Assembly: GCA_031426555.1 (NCBI GenBank)
Contig: JANPLN010000057.1
Span: 1-64,000, forward strand
Direction: 5' to 3'
DNA from: Bdellovibrionales bacterium
GTDB lineage: Bacteria; Bdellovibrionota; Bdellovibrionia; Bdellovibrionales; JAGQZY01
DNA length: 64,000 nt
Position numbers and translations under genes: made by a program. This document shows positions 10,611 to 20,252 of the stretch, one piece after another. Every line of letters begins with the position of its first letter. The first letter of the stretch is position 1. Under the pieces are notes generated by a model, which made no database searches, was not told the origin of the DNA, and was given only the letters and a program-made list of their open reading frames with translations.

Positions 10611-11327
10611 TTGAATAAAACTCGTAAGTCCCACGTCTTTGACCAGCATCTTCAATTAAATTTTAGTTACGACATGAACATCGAGTCGGCCTACGTTATT
10701 ACCGTCGATGGCAATGCGGACTCCGAGCGTTTGGCCGAGCGCTGTTTAAAATCCTGCGAGCAGTTTAACATTCCGGCCAAAAGATGGTCGGCTTTTGATG
10801 GTACCCAGGGAGATATTAAAACCCCGGCGCATCTGGTGGGAAAAGATTATTTGAAGTGGTTTAAAGTTATCGACCCGCATCTTTCGCCCTCCGAACTCGC
10901 CTGTGCCCTGAGTCATATTTCTTTGTGGGCCCATTGTGTGCAAAACGATCGTCCGCTAGTGGTTTTGGAACACGATGCGGTGGTGATTGCCAACTTTCAA
11001 ACTCATCCGTTTTTTGGCTGTATTAATTATCTTGGGTGTATCGAGCAGATGGAACGAGGTTGGCCAGTGATTCCCACCCCACCTCACGCCACGCACGGAG
11101 CTAATTACCACTTTATCTGCCGCGCCCACGCGTACTCCATTGATCCCGCGGTGGCAAAATCAATGTTGGCCTATGTTTTGCGCCAAGGAATTTGCGAAAC
11201 GCTTGATTTGATGTTGCGCGCTGACCTTTTTCCCATCGTGCAATTTGGTTTGGTGGCCTACGACGATTCCGGCGGAATCACCACCATTACTCATCGCAAA
11301 CCCGATCCGTTTGGTCAGGAAAGATAA
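10611..11327 (+). CDS. Glycosyltransferase family 25-like
   Basis: AYVI, AFDG, ELACALSHISLW..C, LVVLEHDA and AHAYSI motifs. Confidence 0.8.
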   Translation: MNKTRKSHVFDQHLQLNFSYDMNIESAYVITVDGNADSERLAERCLKSCEQFNIPAKRWSAFDGTQGDIKTPAHLVGKDYLKWFKVIDPHLSPSELACALSHISLWAHCVQNDRPLVVLEHDAVVIANFQTHPFFGCINYLGCIEQMERGWPVIPTPPHATHGANYHFICRAHAYSIDPAVAKSMLAYVLRQGICETLDLMLRADLFPIVQFGLVAYDDSGGITTITHRKPDPFGQER

Positions 11328-11344
11328 CAGAAAAGATAAAGCTT

Positions 11345-13180
11345 TTATTTTTTTACGGCCAATACATTGTGGGTCATGGCTGTTCCAAATATATTTTCAG
11401 CTTTATTTTTGAAATTATCAGGGTTGTACAGCGGCGTTAATTTTTCTTCGTAGTGGTAACCCCACTCGGTGAGCCGCTGTAAAATCTGAGTTCTTTGCGG
11501 CTCGCGATCAATCTCGATCCATAAAGTAGGCCGATGATTACGAATGGTTTTTTCCGCTCCTGCCAGTGCCTGTAACTCCATGCCTTCGATATCCATTTTA
11601 ATAAAATCTAATTTTGGTAAATCGAGATCATCGAGTTTTAAAAGAGGAATCGCCTGAGTTTGCGGCTCTTCGGTGACTTGCGTGGCGCCAAAATTGCCAA
11701 CCTTGTTATAGTTGACTGGCGGCAGAAAACCAGTGCCTGTGGAATCGGACAGCCCCTCCGCGCGACACTCTAACCACGTCCACTGATGAGTCATACCATT
11801 CAGTTCGATGAGTTTTTTAAAAAACTCTTGTGGCTCAAAGGAGATCACTCGCCCCTGTGGCCCCACTTTTTCCGCCATCAAATACGAAAAATATCCAAGC
11901 TGCGCTCCCGCATCCACTGCAACATCACCAGGTTTTAAGTGCGCTAGAATGATTTCCGATTCTTGTTGCGAATATTCTCCGTAAACCTCTAACGCTTGCC
12001 CTACAAAATAATCATTGGGACAGATCACAATGTGGCCCAGTCGTGTGGGCGTTGTTTTCACAAGTTCCTTTTGTATCGGTGGGTGTTGGGGGTGGTACAT
12101 TTGTTGGGGGCTGCGCAGATCGTTCCGTAGCGAAAACAGAGTGTCTATCTGCTCGCGCACCATTGATATTTCGGGTTCCCAGTCCATAAAATTTTTCTGG
12201 TTAAGCAGCGTCATGGAATTGTACCAGGGCGTTTTTTGCAAACCGGCTGCAAACTGATGGGAAAAAGTAAACCAACCGAAAAGACGGTTGAGCAACAACG
12301 TGGGAGTGCCCATGGCGGCAGCCAAATGGGCGGGGCCGGTATCCACGCTGATAAAAAAATCAATATTTGCACAAAACCCAGCGAGATCATTGGGCCCTTC
12401 GATTTGTGAGCTCACATCGATGAGATTTTGGTTCTGTAAGGGATTGTGCGAGTGGGTCCCCTGCATCGTCAAAAATTGGTAGTTTTTGTTTTGTAAAAGG
12501 GGCAAAAGCAGCGAGGCTCGGAGACTTCGGTATTGATCTTCGGCAAATTGCGGGTTGCCCTGCCAGATTAAACCCACCCGTGGTTTTTTAAATTGTAAGC
12601 GCGAGGCCCACTTTTGTGCGGACGCAAGCGGGCACGACAAAAACGGCTCGCCGCCAATTTGTTCATGCTGAAGAGCCAGCAGGCGAGGCGCACTGAGTGC
12701 CGGGAGCCACCAATCATAATCCACAAGCTCGGCAGCTTTGGGCGAGATCAGGTGCACGTCTGCAGGCAGACTGCGCAAAATTGGGAACATTTCCACTGGC
12801 GCTGCGAGCAAGACTTTTGCGCCCTTGTTTTGCAGTTGCATGACGAAACGACTAAAGCACACAATATCTCCCAAGCCGCCCTCTGAGGAAAGGAGCACGC
12901 GCTGGCCAAAAAGGGACGTGGTTCCATCCCAAAGTGGTTTTTGTTGGGTGATATAATCGCCGCCAAAAACTCCATGTCCCCGCACGCTATCAAAGAGTGC
13001 GAGCCCTTGTTGCCACTGGCCCACGGCAATTTTGAGTCGCGCCAAACAAAATCTCACCATCACGTTTTTTTGCTCCTGAACAAACAGCTCCTCGCAAAGT
13101 TGCAGAGCTTCTAAAAAAGCCCCATGGTAGGCGCGGTCGGCGATGAGTTTGAGGGTGGGTTCGAGAGCGAATTGTTGCAT
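11345..13180 (-). CDS. GT9-like glycosyltransferase fused to an FkbM-family methyltransferase
   Basis: N-part has SEGGLGD and ISVDTGPAHLAAAMG. C-part has VDAGAQLGY, FEPQ, DFIKMDIEGME..AL.GA and RPTLWIE. Confidence 0.85.
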   Translation of the reverse strand: MQQFALEPTLKLIADRAYHGAFLEALQLCEELFVQEQKNVMVRFCLARLKIAVGQWQQGLALFDSVRGHGVFGGDYITQQKPLWDGTTSLFGQRVLLSSEGGLGDIVCFSRFVMQLQNKGAKVLLAAPVEMFPILRSLPADVHLISPKAAELVDYDWWLPALSAPRLLALQHEQIGGEPFLSCPLASAQKWASRLQFKKPRVGLIWQGNPQFAEDQYRSLRASLLLPLLQNKNYQFLTMQGTHSHNPLQNQNLIDVSSQIEGPNDLAGFCANIDFFISVDTGPAHLAAAMGTPTLLLNRLFGWFTFSHQFAAGLQKTPWYNSMTLLNQKNFMDWEPEISMVREQIDTLFSLRNDLRSPQQMYHPQHPPIQKELVKTTPTRLGHIVICPNDYFVGQALEVYGEYSQQESEIILAHLKPGDVAVDAGAQLGYFSYLMAEKVGPQGRVISFEPQEFFKKLIELNGMTHQWTWLECRAEGLSDSTGTGFLPPVNYNKVGNFGATQVTEEPQTQAIPLLKLDDLDLPKLDFIKMDIEGMELQALAGAEKTIRNHRPTLWIEIDREPQRTQILQRLTEWGYHYEEKLTPLYNPDNFKNKAENIFGTAMTHNVLAVKK

Positions 13181-13371
13181 CTCTAATTGGTCTCGAATGT
13201 GCGAGAGATAGTCAAGAACCTGATTTGTGAGTCATTCTGAATCATTTTGCAGAAAAATGTGTCTCAAAGTAGGAAATCACCTCGACGAACATAAGGTTCC
13301 GCGCAGCAAAGACCGACATGCAATTACCGTCGAAAGAGTTTTCTGCAGAATAACGGAATTGGGGGCTAGCC

Positions 13372-14601
13372 ATGCCATTAAGTTTTAAAAATAAAGTTTC
13401 CATTTTTTGTACGGCCACGCTCGCCATTCTTCTCTATCAGAATTGTTCACAAAACTTTAAGTCGGCCACAGCAAATCAAGCTTCAAACTCCAACGAAGGT
13501 AACAACGGAGGATTGCAAACTCCTCCAACACCTTCGGGGCAACAACCATCGATGCCGCCACCCCCCGTGATTCCCAATGGAAAAACGGTGGATGTTTTTA
13601 TGGCAAGTGGACACATGGCGCGCACGCTTTTTTCCTGTGACGACGGAAGAACGTGGCGCCATGATCAATCGCAAGACGACAGCGCTCGCTGCTGGGTAAC
13701 GGGCGATCCCAAATACGTTGAGTGCGATCACACAGCGTACTCATCGCGCGGTCTGACTCACGAGGACGGTCTATTTTTTACTAATTTTGGTTGGGGCGAA
13801 AACGGAAGTGTTCGACGCTCCATCGATGGAGTCAATTGGCAAATCATGCGCTCGAACGGGTGGGGCGGTGGAGTCTCTTACACGAATGGTTTACTTTTTT
13901 TGTTATGGAACGGCGGAATCATTTCAGCCAATCAAGGCGATACTTGGCAAACTTTCGCAATGCAGCCCAGCAAAGGTTTTGATCATCCCTCGGTGGAAAA
14001 AATCGCAGACAACCGCCTCGCGATGATTGGCCGCGCCTCGGGAGTTAATAAAGTGGGAATCAGTTTGGATGGTGGTCTCACATGGAATTTGCCGGCCACC
14101 TTACAAGTCACCTGGCTTAAATCCATCATCGAAGGCAATGGCCGCATGGTCGGCATTGGCTATTTAGAACCCATGGGGCTTCCACCTGTTTCCTATTCTG
14201 CCATCTCAACAGATCAGGGCGCCACTTGGATGATTCGTGAGCAGACCGGCTTAAACGCCAATTGGGGACACTTAATTTTTGATGGCAGTCGATTTGTTAC
14301 CTGGAGTTCCGGAAAACGCTGGCACAGCACAGATGGACTCTCTTGGACAAGTTCAGCTGTCATGATCGGCGATCGAGCTTCGAACTTTTCTGGACCTACA
14401 GCTTTCAATCCCACCACCGGTACCTACGCGCGCATTCTTGGCGGTTGGGGAAACAACTACGCTCGGCAAAAAGCCTATCGCTCGGGCGACGGAATTATTT
14501 GGCAAGAATTGCCGGCCTCAGCTTTTAACGGCGGACACCCTGTTGGCGAGATGATCCACGGTCAGATGGACACAGCTTTTTGTCAGGGAAGTGGCATGTG
14601 A
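13372..14601 (+). CDS. Lipoprotein with BNR/Asp-box beta-propeller repeats
   Basis: LLYQNC lipobox, Pro-rich linker, S.D.G.TW repeats, GGGGG RBS. Confidence 0.75.
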   Translation: MPLSFKNKVSIFCTATLAILLYQNCSQNFKSATANQASNSNEGNNGGLQTPPTPSGQQPSMPPPPVIPNGKTVDVFMASGHMARTLFSCDDGRTWRHDQSQDDSARCWVTGDPKYVECDHTAYSSRGLTHEDGLFFTNFGWGENGSVRRSIDGVNWQIMRSNGWGGGVSYTNGLLFLLWNGGIISANQGDTWQTFAMQPSKGFDHPSVEKIADNRLAMIGRASGVNKVGISLDGGLTWNLPATLQVTWLKSIIEGNGRMVGIGYLEPMGLPPVSYSAISTDQGATWMIREQTGLNANWGHLIFDGSRFVTWSSGKRWHSTDGLSWTSSAVMIGDRASNFSGPTAFNPTTGTYARILGGWGNNYARQKAYRSGDGIIWQELPASAFNGGHPVGEMIHGQMDTAFCQGSGM

Positions 14602-14713
14602 AGTGCAATTCCTTGGATCAATGGCGTTCAATAATCATAATTTTAGATTGTTTCAAATCGAGTCATATTTTGTAACCAACAATCCCGTGGTGTATCGAAA
14701 AATTTTTCCGTCC

Positions 14714-14763
14714 AACTTTTGTCCAGAAACTAAAGATCCCCGGGGTTAAACCGATAAGCCAAT
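14714..14763 (+). promoter_or_regulatory. Sigma28 (FliA)-like promoter of fibre 2
   Basis: TAAA(14731)-N15-ACCGATAA(14750), preceded by the conserved block AACTTTTGTCCAGAAAC. Confidence 0.7.
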
Positions 14764-17700
14764 GTGGTGTTACGTCTGCAATATTACACAATAAAAAGTA
14801 CATGGTACTTTCTTGGTTTGCTACTTTTTCTGCCAACTTTCGCACAAGCACAAACCGAGCCTCCGCAGTTTATGACTGTGGACGGGCGCCTTTATGATTC
14901 CACAACGCCCGAAGATCCACTGCTTGATAATTCTGTTTTGATGAAAATCCAAATTTTAAATCCTACAAAAACTTGTATTTTGTACGAGGAGGAACAAACC
15001 GTAAGCACTTTGTCTTCCAACGGTTACTTCAACGTTCGTGTGGGTTCTCCTACTTCGGGCCCTGAATCATCAAAGCGCACCACCTCCACCATCGACGTTG
15101 GAAATTCCATGATGGAGATTTTCCAAAACCAAAATGCGTCCATTGCGGGTAGAACTTCTGGCGGCGCAGGTTGCGGTTACTCACCAGCTGCAGGCGATAC
15201 GCGATATTTTCGTTTTGTAGTCACTCCAAGCACCACGGGTGTAACGAGCACGCTGAGCCCTGACATGCAGATTGATTCTGTACCGCAGTCGTTGGTGGCA
15301 GAGACGTTGCAAGGCATGACACCAGGAAATTTTGTGCAGACCAACACCGATGTAACGCAAGCGAAGGTGAATACACTTTTCGGTGCGAGCTACACCACAC
15401 TGAGCGGTTTGTTGTCTGGTAGTAGTTCGCTGTATTTGCAAAACACCACAAATGGCACGGTGATTCCTAGCCGCGCGACGAGCCCCGTGGCTCCAACAGC
15501 AGGGCAGATCTGGTACGATAGCGACGATTTCGTGCTTCGCTACTACGATGGCACAACGGTTCTCACTCTCGGAACAAGCGGCGGAGATCCAACCAAGCTC
15601 CCGTTAGCTGGCGGAACCATGGCAGGCGCCATCAACATGGCCGGAAATGACATCACTGATTTGGGTCATGTGACCCAGGCTCCGCAAAGAACATTTCGTT
15701 TTGGCGTTTACACCACCGCTCAGCAGGCAACACTCATTGCAACGCCACTTGTGGCAGGCCACGAAGGCACGGTGTGGTACAACACCACCACCAATAAATT
15801 AATGTTTTGGGATGGAACTGCAGAGTTTGCAGTGTCGCCAGTGGACAGTGTGTTTGGCAGAACCGGTGCTGTTGTCGCAGTGGCCGGCGATTATACAGCG
15901 TCGCAAGTGACCAATGTGGCCTCTGGTGCCGTAACGGCAGTGACGGTGCAATCGGCAATCAACGAATTGGATACTGAGAAAGTAGCCAAAGCTGGCGACA
16001 CCATGACGGGAGCGCTCAATCTTGATAACGAGCAAGAGTTGCGGTTGTCCGAAGCCGACGGCAGCGGCGCAAACTTTGTGGCAATCAAAGCACTCGCGAC
16101 ATTGGGTGCAAACTACACACTCACACTGCCTCACGACGATGGAAACAGTGGTCAGTATTTACAAACCGATGGTAACGGAATTTTAACGTGGGTCACTCCC
16201 GCAGGTGTGGGTGAAACTAATACGGGAAGCAATCAAGGTGCAGCGGGAGTTGGAGTCTACGATGCAAAATCTGGTGTAGATCTCCAATTCAGAAACATCA
16301 ATGCCGCTTCAAATAAAATCAACGTTGCACTAGATGCGGGCAACAAAGAAATTGACATTAACGTGAACGAGGTCAACTTAAACTCCGCTGTGATTCCAAA
16401 TACGGCTGCAGGAACAATAGCTGCCACTAACGTGCAGGCTGCCATTAACGAACTGGACACAGAGAAAGTAGCAACCACACGTGCAATAAACACGGTAGCG
16501 GGTAGTGGGCTGACTGGTGGCGGAGACCTTTCTGCAGATCGCAGCTTAAGTGTAAACATCAACGGAACCACGGGCGAAACGGCAGTGGCCGGCGTTGACG
16601 AAATCTTAATCTATGATGTCAGTGCAACAGCTCTTCGCAAAATGACTCGCACAAACTTTGTGCTTAGCGAAACCGAAGTGGACGCAATGGTATCAAACAA
16701 CGGCTTTCTCACAACAGAAGCCGATACATTAGCGACGGTCACAAGTCGTGGAGCTAATACAGCCACAAGCATCACATTAAACACACAAGCCCAAGCGCGC
16801 TTCGCTGATAGTGCTGGCGGTGAGTATGCGGCTATTCAGGCGCCAGCGACCATTGGGTCCAACTATATATTAACACTTCCAACAGATGACGGCATCGCAA
16901 ACCAAGTCTTAACCACAGATGGTTCCGGCGTACTAAGCTGGACCTCCTTGGCAGCCGTCGGAGAATCCAACACCGCAAGTAACCAAGGTGCAGCGGGTGT
17001 AGGTCTTTACGATCTAAAAGCTGGAGTCGACCTCCAATTTAGAAACATCAATGCGGCGAGCAACAAAGTTAGTATAGCGCTTGATGCCGGAAACAAAGAA
17101 GTGGACATCAATGTGAACGAAGCCAACCTCGCTCTTGGCAGCATACCAAACACAGTGGCCGGAACAATCGCTGCCACGAACGCTCAAGCCGCGATCAATG
17201 AACTCGATAGCGAAAAAGTAGCAAAAGCTGGCGACACCATCACGGGCGCATTAAACATCGACAACGAACAAGAGCTCCGGCTTTCCGAAGCCGACGGCAG
17301 TGGCGCAAATTACGTAGCCATCAAAGCTCTAACGACTTTAGGAGCTAACTACACACTCACGCTGCCGTCAAATGACGGCGACAGCGGCCAGTATTTACAA
17401 ACCGATGGTAACGGAGTTCTCGCCTGGGTAACGCCCGCAGGTGCGGGGGAAACCAACACGGCCAGCAACCAAGGAGCCGGCGGCATTGGCGTCTTTAAAC
17501 AAAAAACCACTTTTGATTTAGAATTCCGAAACATCAACGCCGCTTCAAATAAAATCAGCATAGCGCTGGATGCTGCTAACAACGAGATCGATATTAATGT
17601 GGGGGAGGCAAATTTAGATTTGGGAATAATTCCGAACACTCCGGCAGGGACAGTAGCAGCCACCACCGCACAAACAGCCATCAACGAACTCGACACAGAT

Positions 17701-20193
17701 AAAGTTGCCAAAATCGGCGACTCTATGAGTGGTGCTCTCACATTCACGGCACAAAACCAAGCGCGCTTTGCCGACAGCGCAGGCGGCGAATACGTCGCCA
17801 TTCAAGCTCCGGCAACCATCGGAACAAACTACGTCTTGACACTTCCGGATACAGCGGGCAGTGCCAGCCAAGTGTTGACGACCAACGGATCAGGCGTGCT
17901 CAGCTGGACAACACCGTCAACAACTCCGGCTGCAAATAGCCTGGATTTCACTCACTTTACTAACGCTATGACATTGGATGCAAGCACCGACATCGCGGCT
18001 TCTGGTACGAACGTTTTATCGATCACAAATTCGGGAACAGACAATTCATTTCGGGTGAATGACCAAACTTCCGACGCAACACCGTTTGTGATTGATGCAA
18101 GTGGTAGCGTAGGGATTGGAACGACCGCACCTGAATTTCAAGTCCATTCTGTATTACCGATCTCTGCCGCATTGCCTAACTTTGTTGCAGAGCTTCAGGG
18201 AAATACAGCGGCCAATGCCTCGGCTTTTGTAGGGCGCCGGGCGAGAGACAGTGCTGGCACCCCAGCGGCAATTCAATCGGGTGATTCAATAGTTGTTTTT
18301 GGTGGACGAGGTTATCATAGCGGAGGTTGGTCAGGAGGAAGCTCTGGCGCTTTAGTGATCGTGGCTGAAGAGAATTTCACCCCCACCAATCGAGGAACGA
18401 GCCTGCGTTTTACGAACACACCAAATGCCTCAACCGTCAACGCAACGCGAATGACGATTCAACAGGATGGTAGCGTTGGGATTGGAACTACGGTTCCCGG
18501 GACATTGCTTGATGTTGCGGGCGCCATCACTTCACGTCCGTTTGGAACAGCCACTGGCCAAACAGGTCAATTGATCGTGCGCGAGCTTGCAGCTGGTGGC
18601 ACCGACACAGTAGCGATTCGTGCACCGGATTCTATTACTGCAAGTTATGTTCTCACACTGCCAGTCGACGCTGGAAGTTCCGGACAGTTGCTTCAAACAA
18701 ATGGCAGTGGCGTTTTGAGTTGGGTGGGCGCTCCGATCACCGGCGGGACGTTTTTGGCCGGTGCCGGTTCAAACACTGCTCCTTCGATCAGTTTTGCGGC
18801 CGACACCAATACTGGAATTTACAATCCCTATGATGGAGCGCTACGTATCACTTCCAATGACACGAATCTTTTTACAATCGATCTGAATGGTATTTACAGC
18901 ACAACTGGCATATACATCCGCCCCAGCGGCCCTACGTCTGAAGCATTCCCGCCATATACTTTTGTTGGCGACGAAGACACTGGAATTTTCCGCCCAGCGG
19001 CTAACATCCTAGGATTTTCAACCAACTCAACCGAAAAAATGCGCATTGATGCAAATGGTTTTGTTGGTATAGGAACAACAAATCCAGGAACAATTCTTGA
19101 TGCCGCCGGGGCCATTACGTCACGTCCAAGCGGCACTGGCACAGGTCAAACCGGGCAATTGAGTTTGCGTGAACTCGCAGCGGGAGGGTCGGAGACTGCC
19201 ACCATTCGTGCACCCGACGCGATCGCAACAAGTTTTTCACTTACACTTCCGAACACTGCAGGAAGTTCAGGACAGTTGCTACAAACTGATGGTTCAGGGG
19301 CTTTGGCGTGGGCAAATTCGGAATCGTCGATCACGCTCGACAGTTTAGATTTCACTCATTTGGCTGATAATTTAACGTTGGATGCAAATACAGACATTGC
19401 TGTGACGGGAGCAAACGCCTTTTCAGTTACAAACAGCGGAACAGCCAGTTCGTTCAGAGTCAATGATGCCGCCAGCGACACGACACCATTTGTTATTGAC
19501 CCCGCTGGACAGGTGGGAATTGGGACTTCAACGCCGAGCAAGGCGCTTGATGTGGCTGGCGAAATCGTAAGTGCTGCGCAAATCTCTGCAAACAACACCG
19601 CATCCTCAGCAGGCGTGGAAATAGGTCTCGCGTTGCACAACCGGAATTCAAGTACTTCGGGACCCACCTCCGCAATTGAATTTAACACGGCAGCCGCCGT
19701 CGGTCGCAGTCAAATTCGGTCGGGACCCGAGGGGTCGTCGAGCACCGGGTTTATGTCGTTTATCACTCGGGATTCGGGCGCGATGGTCGAAAAAGTGCGA
19801 ATCACTTCGGTGGGTAACGTTGGTATTGGAACAACAACACCTGGAACAAATACAAAACTTGATGTCATCGGGCAAATCCGCAGTCCGTCATCTTCCATCT
19901 CCACAGGCTCTGTGGATTTTTTAGGAGGTAACACGGTGACGACATCATTTGACTGCGGATCCAACATTACTTTTGCTAATCTTCGGCAAGGAGGCAGTTA
20001 CACGCTTATTGTTACAGGAACTGGCACAGCGCAATGCAATTTTAGCACCACCACCACAGGCGATGATGCAGCCACTGTAACGTATAGATTTCAACCTGCA
20101 AATGGGACGCGAGTTTCTTCGAGCCATAGTATCTATTCGTTACTCAGAGTGGGAAGCATCGTGTACGTGTCGTGGATTACTGGTTTTATATAG
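14764..20193 (+). CDS. Mosaic fibre adhesin, fibre 2
   Basis: Sec signal ...AQA, conserved N-domain (TVDGRLY, CILYEEEQ, SVPQSLVAE), fibre repeats, cap ending VYVSWITGFI. Confidence 0.85.
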   Translation: MVLRLQYYTIKSTWYFLGLLLFLPTFAQAQTEPPQFMTVDGRLYDSTTPEDPLLDNSVLMKIQILNPTKTCILYEEEQTVSTLSSNGYFNVRVGSPTSGPESSKRTTSTIDVGNSMMEIFQNQNASIAGRTSGGAGCGYSPAAGDTRYFRFVVTPSTTGVTSTLSPDMQIDSVPQSLVAETLQGMTPGNFVQTNTDVTQAKVNTLFGASYTTLSGLLSGSSSLYLQNTTNGTVIPSRATSPVAPTAGQIWYDSDDFVLRYYDGTTVLTLGTSGGDPTKLPLAGGTMAGAINMAGNDITDLGHVTQAPQRTFRFGVYTTAQQATLIATPLVAGHEGTVWYNTTTNKLMFWDGTAEFAVSPVDSVFGRTGAVVAVAGDYTASQVTNVASGAVTAVTVQSAINELDTEKVAKAGDTMTGALNLDNEQELRLSEADGSGANFVAIKALATLGANYTLTLPHDDGNSGQYLQTDGNGILTWVTPAGVGETNTGSNQGAAGVGVYDAKSGVDLQFRNINAASNKINVALDAGNKEIDINVNEVNLNSAVIPNTAAGTIAATNVQAAINELDTEKVATTRAINTVAGSGLTGGGDLSADRSLSVNINGTTGETAVAGVDEILIYDVSATALRKMTRTNFVLSETEVDAMVSNNGFLTTEADTLATVTSRGANTATSITLNTQAQARFADSAGGEYAAIQAPATIGSNYILTLPTDDGIANQVLTTDGSGVLSWTSLAAVGESNTASNQGAAGVGLYDLKAGVDLQFRNINAASNKVSIALDAGNKEVDINVNEANLALGSIPNTVAGTIAATNAQAAINELDSEKVAKAGDTITGALNIDNEQELRLSEADGSGANYVAIKALTTLGANYTLTLPSNDGDSGQYLQTDGNGVLAWVTPAGAGETNTASNQGAGGIGVFKQKTTFDLEFRNINAASNKISIALDAANNEIDINVGEANLDLGIIPNTPAGTVAATTAQTAINELDTDKVAKIGDSMSGALTFTAQNQARFADSAGGEYVAIQAPATIGTNYVLTLPDTAGSASQVLTTNGSGVLSWTTPSTTPAANSLDFTHFTNAMTLDASTDIAASGTNVLSITNSGTDNSFRVNDQTSDATPFVIDASGSVGIGTTAPEFQVHSVLPISAALPNFVAELQGNTAANASAFVGRRARDSAGTPAAIQSGDSIVVFGGRGYHSGGWSGGSSGALVIVAEENFTPTNRGTSLRFTNTPNASTVNATRMTIQQDGSVGIGTTVPGTLLDVAGAITSRPFGTATGQTGQLIVRELAAGGTDTVAIRAPDSITASYVLTLPVDAGSSGQLLQTNGSGVLSWVGAPITGGTFLAGAGSNTAPSISFAADTNTGIYNPYDGALRITSNDTNLFTIDLNGIYSTTGIYIRPSGPTSEAFPPYTFVGDEDTGIFRPAANILGFSTNSTEKMRIDANGFVGIGTTNPGTILDAAGAITSRPSGTGTGQTGQLSLRELAAGGSETATIRAPDAIATSFSLTLPNTAGSSGQLLQTDGSGALAWANSESSITLDSLDFTHLADNLTLDANTDIAVTGANAFSVTNSGTASSFRVNDAASDTTPFVIDPAGQVGIGTSTPSKALDVAGEIVSAAQISANNTASSAGVEIGLALHNRNSSTSGPTSAIEFNTAAAVGRSQIRSGPEGSSSTGFMSFITRDSGAMVEKVRITSVGNVGIGTTTPGTNTKLDVIGQIRSPSSSISTGSVDFLGGNTVTTSFDCGSNITFANLRQGGSYTLIVTGTGTAQCNFSTTTTGDDAATVTYRFQPANGTRVSSSHSIYSLLRVGSIVYVSWITGFI

Positions 20194-20252
20194 TCTGTAC
20201 TTGGTTGACAGCAACCTTCTGAAACTTCAGAATTAAACTCTGAACGTTAAGG

